Below, in pieces: positions 27,430 through 36,741 of a stretch of 64,000 bases of DNA (within the stretch, counting starts at the first letter, position 1; each line of letters opens with the position of its first letter). The stretch is from Candidatus Gottesmanbacteria bacterium (lineage in GTDB: Bacteria; Patescibacteriota; Microgenomatia; UBA10105; UBA927). Under the pieces are notes generated by a model. The model was not told the DNA's origin. It searched no databases and saw only the letters and a program-made list of their open reading frames with translations. A program made the translations under genes and the position numbers. The stretch is taken from assembly GCA_963711735.1 (NCBI GenBank), contig CAVQFA010000005.1, positions 71,525 to 135,524 on the forward strand, in the 5' to 3' direction.

Positions 27430-28629
27430 ATGTTTACCAAACGTATCGGAATCGATTTAGGCACAGCAAACTCAGTCGTCTGGCTTGCCGGTACAGGAGT
27501 GGTTCTCAATGAGCCGACGGTTGTGGCTGTCACGATGGATGATAACCGCGTCGTAGCCGTCGGAAACGAGGCAAAGGAAATGCTCGGGAGAACCCCGGGG
27601 AACATCATTGCATCGCGTCCGATGCGGGACGGGGTTATCGCAGACTACCGTCTCATCGAGGCAATGCTGTCGTATTTTTTGGATAAAACAGCAGGCAGAA
27701 ACCGTATTTTCCGTCCGGAAGTCATGATCTGCGTTCCGAGCGGTGCAACTCAGGTGGAGAGGCGGGCGGTTCTGGATGCCACATTATCGGCCGGTGCACG
27801 GATGGCGTATCTTATCGAAGAACCGCTTGCGGCCGCCATTGGTGCCAAAATACCCATCGCGCAGGCATCCGGCAATATGATTGTAGACATTGGCGGCGGA
27901 TCAACAGAGGCTGCTGTCATATCCCTCGGGGGAGTTGTGGTACATAATAGTGTGCGCATAGCCGGCAATAAACTGGATGAAGCAATCGCGAATTATGTGA
28001 AAAAAAGATTCAATCTTATCATCGGTGAACGCATGGCGGAGATGATAAAAGTTACTATCGGTGATGCGATGCCGGATGGGAAGAGTAAAGGATTGAATGT
28101 AACGGACAGGTCCTCCTACGTTAAACATGGCTTAACTCCGGAGGATAAACAAAAACTCGAAAAAATAGACCCCTCAACATCCGTGTACCCGATCAGCAAA
28201 CGGCGCGGACTCGTCCGGAATCTGTCCGAACCGGCAGGTGATACAACCATACCGATTTTAAATACTCCGGCAAAAAAAGCCGGAAGCATGGAGGTTCGCG
28301 GACGTGATGCGGTATCGGGTTTGCCGAAAATGATAGAGCTTACCAGAGCCGAGATAGGGGAAGCACTCCAAGGAGTTCTCATGCAGATTATCGCATCGGT
28401 CAAACACGTTCTTGAAGATACACCCCCGGAACTTGCAGCGGATATTATTGACAAAGGGATTGTCATGGCTGGGGGTACGAGCTTGCTCACGAATATTGAC
28501 CGGTTGATGACAGCAAGTACTGGAGTTGTTTGTCATGTCGCTGATGACCCTCTCCTTTGCGTTGTCCGCGGAACTGGTGTAGCTCTTGAAAATATTGAGT
28601 TATATAAGCGGAGTGTGGCAAAAAAGTGA
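27430..28629 (+). CDS. mreB: rod shape-determining protein MreB (with ~60-aa insertion)
   Basis: IGIDLGTAN, EEPLAAAIGA, VDIGGGST, GRDAVSGLP, AGGTSLL. Confidence 0.95.
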   Translation: MFTKRIGIDLGTANSVVWLAGTGVVLNEPTVVAVTMDDNRVVAVGNEAKEMLGRTPGNIIASRPMRDGVIADYRLIEAMLSYFLDKTAGRNRIFRPEVMICVPSGATQVERRAVLDATLSAGARMAYLIEEPLAAAIGAKIPIAQASGNMIVDIGGGSTEAAVISLGGVVVHNSVRIAGNKLDEAIANYVKKRFNLIIGERMAEMIKVTIGDAMPDGKSKGLNVTDRSSYVKHGLTPEDKQKLEKIDPSTSVYPISKRRGLVRNLSEPAGDTTIPILNTPAKKAGSMEVRGRDAVSGLPKMIELTRAEIGEALQGVLMQIIASVKHVLEDTPPELAADIIDKGIVMAGGTSLLTNIDRLMTASTGVVCHVADDPLLCVVRGTGVALENIELYKRSVAKK

Positions 28630-28833
28630 GCGGTGTTGTTTTACGCCAATTTATGAAAAATAAGTAAATTAAGCTTATAATAATATATCAGAATGATTTA
28701 ATCCGAAAAACAGACGAAAAATCATACCAAAAAATATAAGCTTATAATTTATTTTTCATAAAGCATAAATCTTAAATCCTGATATATTATTATATTCAAA
28801 TAAAAGTGTTCAGTAGTATTTACTCCGTTTTGT

Positions 28834-29979
28834 ATGAAACACACGTATAAACCCCAACAAGAAACTACAGGTCTTCATGCGGTAAATATACTGGGAATAA
28901 ATGTTACAATTGACAGTAAAAAAACTATCCTCGAGTATTTGAAGAAGTATCTTCAGCATGCCGGGCAAAAAGAGAAAATTAATGAGAAAAACACAGGATA
29001 TGTAGTTCAAAAGGGTATAAACCCCCTCATAATAGTTACCCCAAATCCTGAGCAGATTGTGTATGCCGGGGACCAGCCGGAATTCAGAATAATTCTCAAT
29101 CAGGCCGATGTAGCAATCCCGGATGGAACGGGAGTCGTATGGGCAATGAACGTAAAGAACGTTCGGTTGCCACATACAGGTAATCAGATGAAAATTGAGA
29201 GAATTCCGGGGGTGGAACTCATGGAAAATCTCGTTTCTATTGGAGCCAAACAGGGCGTCACAATAGGACTTATAGGTGGTAAAGACGGAGTAGCACTCAA
29301 AGCGTTTGAGTGCTTGCGTGAAAAGTACCTCACTTTGACCGGTTGGGCAGAAGAGCCCGCTGTGACGATAAAATCTCAAAAACCATATTTCACGGAAAAC
29401 AAACACACAGGTGACCCAAAAACACACAAAAATTCATCTGAAATGCAGTTGCAGATTATAGGATGGATTGGACGTGAAGACGAATACTTTAAAAAGCTTG
29501 CAGAGCGTATCATCAAGACAAATACAAACATGATTTTTGTCGCTCTCGGTGCTCCGAAACAGGAATATTTTATGGATGCTCTCCGGTATGAGCTGTCCGA
29601 TTTCGTCCAAAAGAGGGGTATCCCGGTGGACAAATCTACAGTACATATTCCGGTATTACCAAAGATTGACGGAAAAAATATGTTAACTTCTCAAAAAAAT
29701 CAAAACCACTCCGATACAACTCATCAATTTGCATCACCCGCAGTCAGGGAGACAGTTCCCGGTATACCGGAGGGTTTGCATTTCCCGGTTATCCTCATGG
29801 CGGTCGGCGGATCGTTCGACATTATTACAGGTCATGTTCAGAGAGCACCATTAGTAATGCGTTCGATAGGCTTTGAGTGGTTATGGAGGCTTTTGATAGA
29901 GCCATGGCGATGGAGAAGGCAATTGGCACTTCTGAAATTCATCTTTCTCATCCTGCGCTCCGGGAAGAAAAACACCTGA
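28834..29979 (+). CDS. WecB/TagA/CpsF family glycosyltransferase with insertions
   Basis: IVTPNPE, IPDGTGV, RIPGVEL, FVALGAPKQE, VGGSFD, RAP, GFEWLWRL. Confidence 0.9.
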   Translation: MKHTYKPQQETTGLHAVNILGINVTIDSKKTILEYLKKYLQHAGQKEKINEKNTGYVVQKGINPLIIVTPNPEQIVYAGDQPEFRIILNQADVAIPDGTGVVWAMNVKNVRLPHTGNQMKIERIPGVELMENLVSIGAKQGVTIGLIGGKDGVALKAFECLREKYLTLTGWAEEPAVTIKSQKPYFTENKHTGDPKTHKNSSEMQLQIIGWIGREDEYFKKLAERIIKTNTNMIFVALGAPKQEYFMDALRYELSDFVQKRGIPVDKSTVHIPVLPKIDGKNMLTSQKNQNHSDTTHQFASPAVRETVPGIPEGLHFPVILMAVGGSFDIITGHVQRAPLVMRSIGFEWLWRLLIEPWRWRRQLALLKFIFLILRSGKKNT

Positions 29980-30079
29980 GTTAAATATTGAATATTGGGG
30001 GAATTCTAGTATAAACCGTTTATGGGGGTGTAATCAATATCTTGAAATGAGCCTATCAACAGGGTATGCCTGAGATAGG

Positions 30080-30628
30080 ATGCTTGAAATAAACCAACTT
30101 CACCGTCTCATAGATGAAGGGAAGCATGTTTCCTCACGGGAAATCGGTTCCGTATCGGTTCTCCGCACATCAGATTTTCTTTTTGATGCACTATCCGCTG
30201 TCACAGTCGCTCAGATTCCTCTCAACGGCCGGACCGGCATGGTCGATGCAGAACTCCGGGTGTCATTCACCGATCCGTCAAAAATGGGACTACTGCCATC
30301 ATCCGCAACTGTATTTGTTATCTCCTCAGAGAGTCAGATGAACGGATTTGACCAACACGGGAAAAAATTCCTTCGTTATACGCCCGCAGAATGGATTCGG
30401 GACCGGTGCGTCGTTCTGGATGGATTGTGGGCAGATCAGGCTCTCGTTGCCGACGCCGTCGTACAGCTTGGATTGTATCAGGGTGTCCTGTTTGAGATGA
30501 ATCAGTTTTTTACGTTTGCCCGGATGCAGAATCCGTATGTAGAAGAATGCGTGAGGAGGGCATGGTGGCCGGTCCTCGATAACCGGAAAGAATTTTATGC
30601 ATGGGTTGAAAGGGGAATGAAAACATGA
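30080..30628 (+). CDS. hypothetical protein, paralogue of 31032..31682
   Basis: Shared LDG....LVADA..Q and RKE.Y motifs. Confidence 0.6.
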   Translation: MLEINQLHRLIDEGKHVSSREIGSVSVLRTSDFLFDALSAVTVAQIPLNGRTGMVDAELRVSFTDPSKMGLLPSSATVFVISSESQMNGFDQHGKKFLRYTPAEWIRDRCVVLDGLWADQALVADAVVQLGLYQGVLFEMNQFFTFARMQNPYVEECVRRAWWPVLDNRKEFYAWVERGMKT

Positions 30629-30651
30629 CACTCCTTTCCCGTTTATTGAAT

Positions 30652-31029
30652 TTATTTTGTTTTGGAAAAAAATTGAGGGTGCGGAGTTTCCGCCGGATGT
30701 ACTGTTATTGCGGATTGAAAACTATACACCGTTATCGGGTAGGAAGGCAACACATGGTGAGAAACAGGTACGAGCGGTTCGTCACTTCGGTTCAGAATTT
30801 CGTCAATGAAATCTTCCTCTTCCACAGTGCCGCTCAGTACCGGACATTCCGGTATACTTTGGTTGGTACGGGCATACAGTTCACCGCGGATGTGCCGTCC
30901 TCCTTCTTCGTCTTTCAGCTGGAAGCACGTCAGATTTTCACATGCACCGCATATCACGAGCGCACCTTTAGGGATTTCCGACCTTGGCGGCATATATCTG
31001 TAGTGTATATGGATTGAATTTTTTTTCAA
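30652..31029 (-). CDS. small Cys-rich hypothetical protein
   Basis: CGACENLTC...ECP. Confidence 0.45.
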   Translation of the reverse strand: MKKNSIHIHYRYMPPRSEIPKGALVICGACENLTCFQLKDEEGGRHIRGELYARTNQSIPECPVLSGTVEEEDFIDEILNRSDEPLVPVSHHVLPSYPITVYSFQSAITVHPAETPHPQFFSKTK

Positions 31030-31031
31030 CT

Positions 31032-31682
31032 ATGGCTGGACGGTTTGAGAAAGAATATGACAGATGGAGAGGTGACGAAACCATGTGGGGTCCTCAGGGC
31101 GCTGTTACACCGGCCGTGATACTGGTAGATGAACCCCAAAGACAGGGAGGCATAAAGTTTGAAAATCTCGGTGCTTCGGAAAAAGGACTAATAAGAGAAC
31201 TGACGGTACTTGATCTTTTAACGACACATCTTCCGTTTTCCGATGGATGCAGAACCGGAGCATTCAGTCAGGCTGATTGGCAGGGGAGGGATCTGGAGCT
31301 TCAAAGCGAAGACGTGCTCGTGCGTGAGCTCGGATGCCCTCAATGTGTTCCCGTACAGGTGAAATCATCCAGATGCGGAATTAACTCATTTCTGGATCAG
31401 GCAGAGCAGCATGGATTTGAATGGGTGCCTGACTGGCTTCTTCTTTTGGACGGATCCGAGCCTGAGTATGCCGTGGTGGCAGATGCGGCAGCCCAGATCC
31501 TTGTCTACGCCGGATTATGGTATGACCGGGCACTCCGGAGTCAGGCTCTGGGTATTATCGGCGCCACACGGGAGTATTTTGGCATCCATTTCAGCGCAGC
31601 CTGGGATGACGGGTGGCTGAGAAAGAGAAAAGAGTACTATAAAATGCTTGATCATCTGAGGCTCCGGCAAAACAGCTCTTAA
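31032..31682 (+). CDS. putative PD-(D/E)xK-like nuclease-fold protein
   Basis: E...D..G.D...VQVKSS pattern. Confidence 0.45.
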   Translation: MAGRFEKEYDRWRGDETMWGPQGAVTPAVILVDEPQRQGGIKFENLGASEKGLIRELTVLDLLTTHLPFSDGCRTGAFSQADWQGRDLELQSEDVLVRELGCPQCVPVQVKSSRCGINSFLDQAEQHGFEWVPDWLLLLDGSEPEYAVVADAAAQILVYAGLWYDRALRSQALGIIGATREYFGIHFSAAWDDGWLRKRKEYYKMLDHLRLRQNSS

Positions 31683-31764
31683 TTTCTACATTTCACGCCT
31701 GCATTTAGCGTTACATACCCTATAAAACATACATCAGTCTGAAGGTAAATATCGCCCTATAGTA

Positions 31765-31793
31765 TTGACAAACAGAGTGAAATAGCCTATAAT
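31765..31793 (+). promoter_or_regulatory. consensus sigma-70 promoter TTGACA-N17-TATAAT
   Basis: TTGACAaacagagtgaaatagccTATAAT. Confidence 0.85.
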
Positions 31794-31938
31794 GTATGTT
31801 ATGTCAATAGACCTGCCAAAGAGTTGCGCCTGAACGTGTTTAAATCGTGTTTTGGCGCATTTTTTTTAGAATTGGGCGATTTTATTATCCGAATATGGAT
31901 TCGATACATCGCGTATCGATAATCCGCATAAGGATAGA

Positions 31939-31950
31939 GCACTTTAACAA
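31939..31950 (+). promoter_or_regulatory. boxA-like element GCACTTTAACAA
   Basis: Identical to 11826-11837 (minus strand); follows a long hairpin at ~31886-31936. Confidence 0.6.
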
Positions 31951-32623
31951 TCAGGTAGATGGGAAGGGAACGGGACACGTATTTAAAAACCGCCGTGCGG
32001 AAAGAAACAAATTTTAAGGCATGATGCCGTTTGTTTCCGGACGGGGGGATTTAAAACAAAAAATTTTAAGAATGAAAAAATTAAAAACAATCTGTGTTAT
32101 TTAAAAGCACTAAAAATTCGAAAGGAAAAAGAGGAAAAAATGAAAAGCGAACATGGAAATATTGTAATAGCAATACTTTTAGGTCTGTTCGTATTATGTT
32201 TATTCGTGGGTTTCATCGGCTATGGGTTAGACTGCAATGGTTACAATTACAGTCACATCCAACCGGAATGCTCGGATACAGGGCATTCAACACACTCCTA
32301 TGACGTCGTAGACGGTATAGGTGGTTTTTTCAATTACTGGGGAAACCGGTTATTTCCCTAGTAACCTGCATATAATTTTTCCAACCTTCGAGCCCAGCCG
32401 CCTCTATGGGGCTGGCTCGACCCTCCGGGGTCAATGTACGAACGGGCGTTTCGCGCCCGAGATTTTGTTATTTGTTTTCGCGGCACATACCGGTTGTATG
32501 TGAAATAGGAGTGTAAGAAAAGAAGATATTGGTATGACCAATGCAACACAATACCATTACCTTTTTAAACTTTTTACACCAACCTTATTCCACCACGACC
32601 CAACCAACACCACCTACCTGATT
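31949..32623. repeat. 13/14-bp long-range inverted repeat (31949-31962 / 32610-32623)
   Basis: AATCAGGTAGATGG versus CCACCTACCTGATT. Confidence 0.75.
32140..32361 (+). CDS. 73-aa membrane-anchored/secreted small protein
   Basis: GAGG SD; TM IVIAILLGLFVLCLFVGFIGYGL; Cys pair. Confidence 0.65.
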   Translation: MKSEHGNIVIAILLGLFVLCLFVGFIGYGLDCNGYNYSHIQPECSDTGHSTHSYDVVDGIGGFFNYWGNRLFP

Positions 32624-32661
32624 TTTTCCCTGCTTACAACACATGTTGTTAGCGGAGAAAA
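32624..32661 (+). terminator. hairpin immediately after the 3' arm of module 2
   Basis: TTTTCCCTGCTTACAAC..GTTGTTAGCGGAGAAAA. Confidence 0.5.
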
Positions 32662-33035
32662 TTTGATTAAAAACAGTCATTGATTGCTGTTGTATCTATT
32701 ACTATCCTATAGTAGACTACCGTCCATATGTTCAGGGACTCTTCCACTTCCGATGAAACAGGGGATACTCAAGCGCTCATGAGTATAATCCAAGACCAGT
32801 TTGCGGATTGAGAAGGGATTTGTTGATTACAAGTAATCCATCGTACGCACTTCGAAAACGAAGTACGATCATATCGTTTTCCACTATGAATGACGTGTAC
32901 CAGATGGCGAAATTTTTTGCAGGGAGAATGGAACAATTACATTCGAAAGATAATTGAAGGATATTAAGACATACAGAGAAAGAGAGATGTACCCCGCAAC
33001 GTCTGACTTTTCAAGGTAATCGTTGACAGTAACCT

Positions 33036-33830
33036 CTACTGAATGTTTCGTTCAAATTGAGATACTAATCGTGCAACAAAAATCCGATTGGCGTAGTAAT
33101 CCTGTGGAACGGAAAAACCATTTGGGAATTCTGTTGACGGGATAAGCTCGCCTGCGGAAACGGTTTTACTGCCTTGTGTTCTTACAAACACAATGCGCGA
33201 TAATTCTAATGGACCGTCATTTCTTTCATGTTCTGTTTGTTGCCCATGAACTTCAAGTGTTACCGATTGACCTAATCCTTTTACCGTCACTGTATTTACG
33301 TTTGCGCATACTACATCAGGCGGTTTAATTGCTGCCAGTGAATTAATATGTTCTTCAGTTGACAACCCGGGTACTCTCTGATGGACGGGATGGGACTCTT
33401 TACGTGAATATGTCACCCAAATACCGGTCATTGGTTTATTAAGGAGATGTATACCTTTTCCGGTATGTCTGAGATGTTCTATTTCAACCGGCGTGCATTC
33501 CACTTGCGCGTGTACCATCGATGGATGTTGATGTACCCGTGACGGGGATCCAAAAGTAACGGTATTATCATCTACAAAAAAAGAGACTCCACCATTTGCA
33601 GACTCCTGTCTGTCATGTATTTCCTGAACGTTATTAACCTGAAATTTATATTCCGACACAGCCTGCTGTAACGGAGCAAAATCCGGAAAATGGAATAAAT
33701 TTGTAAGCGCTATTTCTGTAATCGGATGGGATACGGCAAACATCAATGCGAAATATAAATGAGGATCTGTCTGTACTAGATTACTGTATTCTGCTTCAGC
33801 ATTTTTAATAGTTGCTAATTGGTCTTTCAT
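33036..33830 (-). CDS. hypothetical protein
   Basis: 264-aa ORF, TATAAT upstream. Confidence 0.6.
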   Translation of the reverse strand: MKDQLATIKNAEAEYSNLVQTDPHLYFALMFAVSHPITEIALTNLFHFPDFAPLQQAVSEYKFQVNNVQEIHDRQESANGGVSFFVDDNTVTFGSPSRVHQHPSMVHAQVECTPVEIEHLRHTGKGIHLLNKPMTGIWVTYSRKESHPVHQRVPGLSTEEHINSLAAIKPPDVVCANVNTVTVKGLGQSVTLEVHGQQTEHERNDGPLELSRIVFVRTQGSKTVSAGELIPSTEFPNGFSVPQDYYANRIFVARLVSQFERNIQ

Positions 33831-34072
33831 ACGACATCCTTTATCCGGCAGTTATTCCATTAATATTCGAGTATTATAAGATAACATATAGTAATTGTAA
33901 ATACTATATATGAAAATATATTTTATGATTTGAATAATAATATATAGTGTCGTATGGATAATTGATTAGATATATATATAGTAATATCGACAGTACATAT
34001 ACATTCAAAAATATAGTTACCCTATAATTTATTGACTCACCGTAAAACCTGCAGTACAATTCGCCGTACATT

Positions 34073-35314
34073 ATGGTAAAGCCACAAGCGGAACTTCTCA
34101 GGTCAAATTCTTCACAGCTGTTTTCTCAGGCAATCGTTGAAGCGGGGACAAGAATGCATGAAGGATTTCTTCAAAAATGGGTCGTTCCTATCGGACCTAT
34201 AACGGCAGAAAATTTACCGCAAGTATATACACACATAGCTACAGTATTTTCTTCCCTGGGTATCGGAGAGCCTGATGTATATGGAGAGAACCGGACACTA
34301 TATACACCGATGGGTACGAAAGATCCTCTTTCCGGTATATCCAATGCTGTCAGTACAAATGGCATATTGTATAAAGTTGTCCATCCGGGGATTGAACCGA
34401 TGGGGAGATATGCCTGGGCAACCGATGCGTATGTTAAGCCCGGACCCTCACGCAACCGTGAGGCTGTGTATCATCTGGGAAATCCTGATGTTACCGTTTC
34501 CGGTATGGAGGATTCGTCACGGTATATCCAACTCAGCCCTCCGGTCTGGGGACTCAATGGTTTAAACGTAGCCTCACCTGAATATCCGGAGTGGGCACGA
34601 CAATGGAGAGGATTGTTAGGAAAATTTGTTGATGCAGTCAGTCCGACGTCTTATCCTCCTGCACAACTTCAGATATTGAGAAGCCCAGCTATGAGCGAAG
34701 GAGAATATCTTCATGGTTTAGGGAAATATGTATTAGAAAGCAGGGTTACTGGCCGCTTTTCACTGGATAAGGCGACACCCACGGATATGTACTCTTTTGC
34801 GCGGGGATTGTGGCATTTTATCAAAGGAGGGTACGGACAGGTTACATTATCAGAATTACGCCGGCATTTGTTCCATGTAGATGGTTGGGGAATCAGAATG
34901 CCGAAAGAACCCGATGCTTTGAAAGCCAGCGTATGCACACTTGTGTACGGATATAAATCCGGACAAATAGGCGAAATGCTGACCCTTACGTTGCCGGACG
35001 GTACGTATCATATCCCGTTGGATCTGGCATCTCTTATGCGAAAACGTGGTCAATTTGCAGTTATAGACGAAGACATTAAAATCCTTTCTGATCCGACGCT
35101 TGTGGAGATACATCAATTGATAGTCGACAGCATTATGAACACTGCAGCCGGGCGTATCGATGCAATCCGCGTGCAATTGCAGATTGTTGAAGATGAATAT
35201 ACCGATATACTGGGTTCACAATGGAGATATGTATTTCGTCTGTTAGGAGAATACGCATGGGTACACGCAGCCTGCATAGCAGCTCCGGTTATTTCTTCTT
35301 CATGGGAACAATAA
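34073..35314 (+). CDS. hypothetical protein
   Basis: 413-aa ORF; TTGACT-N17-TACAAT promoter 12 nt upstream of the ATG. Confidence 0.65.
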   Translation: MVKPQAELLRSNSSQLFSQAIVEAGTRMHEGFLQKWVVPIGPITAENLPQVYTHIATVFSSLGIGEPDVYGENRTLYTPMGTKDPLSGISNAVSTNGILYKVVHPGIEPMGRYAWATDAYVKPGPSRNREAVYHLGNPDVTVSGMEDSSRYIQLSPPVWGLNGLNVASPEYPEWARQWRGLLGKFVDAVSPTSYPPAQLQILRSPAMSEGEYLHGLGKYVLESRVTGRFSLDKATPTDMYSFARGLWHFIKGGYGQVTLSELRRHLFHVDGWGIRMPKEPDALKASVCTLVYGYKSGQIGEMLTLTLPDGTYHIPLDLASLMRKRGQFAVIDEDIKILSDPTLVEIHQLIVDSIMNTAAGRIDAIRVQLQIVEDEYTDILGSQWRYVFRLLGEYAWVHAACIAAPVISSSWEQ

Positions 35315-35501
35315 TTTGTTCATATACACAATAAGTTAATTCACAGTGATATCATTTGGTCCTTACAGCGTTTCATTCCATCACCGCATCCGTCGTAATA
35401 CTTTTTTGTAGAATAGACTTTTATAACAACATAAATTATATTTTTTTCTTCTCACAAAAAGTTGTGTATTGTTATAGAATTTTAGTATAATCGAGAACAG
35501 T

Positions 35502-36698
35502 ATGCGGATTTTATATATACAGACGTTTCCGTTTTGGGGTTCCGGATCGGGAACGTATGCACGTCATTTAGCAAGTGAAGTCGGACGCCGGCATAAAGTT
35601 GCAATCCTTGCTCCCGATACGCGTCCCATTGAACGCGCAAAACTCTACACCGTAAACCTTCCGTTTCCCGTTGCTTTTACCGGTCACCCTGAATGGCCTG
35701 ACTGCAAGCTCTACACGCAACTCACGAACGTGGAATTGACAACTGTTTATAAGTGTTTCCTCGATGCGACGATTGCGACTGTTGAGGATTTCCATCCGGA
35801 CATCATCCATGTCCATCATGCATTTCCCCTGACGTGGGCGGCGGCCTTTGTGAAAGATTTATATGGTATCAACTTCATCACGACCATTCATGGGTCTGAA
35901 CTTCCGACGATAGAAAAAAGCCGCAGATATGGCCGCGCGACATACTATGCCATGTTTCGGACAAGACGCATAATTCCTAATTCAGGGTATACCCGTGACT
36001 GGTTTATACGCTGTTTCCACGGATATTTCCATGAAAAATGCCGCGTCATACCGGGAGGTGTCAACGTCGATAAATTTGTATTTACCGAAAGCGGGTGGAA
36101 TGAGGTGGATAAGAAACTGGGTCTTCACGGCAAGCCTACGGTACTTTTTGCCGGCAAAATAACGAAATATAAAGGTGTCGAATACCTGATAGGTGCAGCA
36201 AAAAAAATCCACGGGGAAGTCATAATCCTCGGCGACGGTCCGGAACTGGCAAGACTGAAAGAAAAGGCGACCCAGATGGGACTTGCGAACGTCCATTGGG
36301 TCGGTCACCTGGGGGCGGGGATCAAGAAGCTCGCACCGTACTACTCGCGCGCGGACGTATTTGTCGCACCATCGGTTTGGGACGAGCCGTTAGGGCTTGT
36401 CATTCTCGAGGCAATGGCATGCCGGACGCCCGTTGTTGTTACACGGAAAGGCGGAATACCTTTGGCTGTCAAAGACGGAGTGAACGGGTTTTTCATACAC
36501 GCCCGCAATTCTACAGACATCGTCGAAAAGGTCAATAAACTTTTAGATAACGATGAACTCCGTCATAAAATGGGCGATACGGCACGGAAAATTGTCGAAG
36601 CAAAATTCAGCTGGGAAATGATAGCACATAAGTTTGAACACCTTTATGCCCGCTACGGCAGATGCGCTACATCAAACGGGAATGGGAAGAAGAAATAA
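35502..36698 (+). CDS. glycosyltransferase family 4
   Basis: PDIIHVHH, KGVEYLI, PSVWDEPLGLVILEAMAC. Confidence 0.95.
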   Translation: MRILYIQTFPFWGSGSGTYARHLASEVGRRHKVAILAPDTRPIERAKLYTVNLPFPVAFTGHPEWPDCKLYTQLTNVELTTVYKCFLDATIATVEDFHPDIIHVHHAFPLTWAAAFVKDLYGINFITTIHGSELPTIEKSRRYGRATYYAMFRTRRIIPNSGYTRDWFIRCFHGYFHEKCRVIPGGVNVDKFVFTESGWNEVDKKLGLHGKPTVLFAGKITKYKGVEYLIGAAKKIHGEVIILGDGPELARLKEKATQMGLANVHWVGHLGAGIKKLAPYYSRADVFVAPSVWDEPLGLVILEAMACRTPVVVTRKGGIPLAVKDGVNGFFIHARNSTDIVEKVNKLLDNDELRHKMGDTARKIVEAKFSWEMIAHKFEHLYARYGRCATSNGNGKKK

Positions 36699-36741
36699 TA
36701 CCTCCGTTGCTCTCTTTCAGTTTTCCTAGTACAGTAGATAT

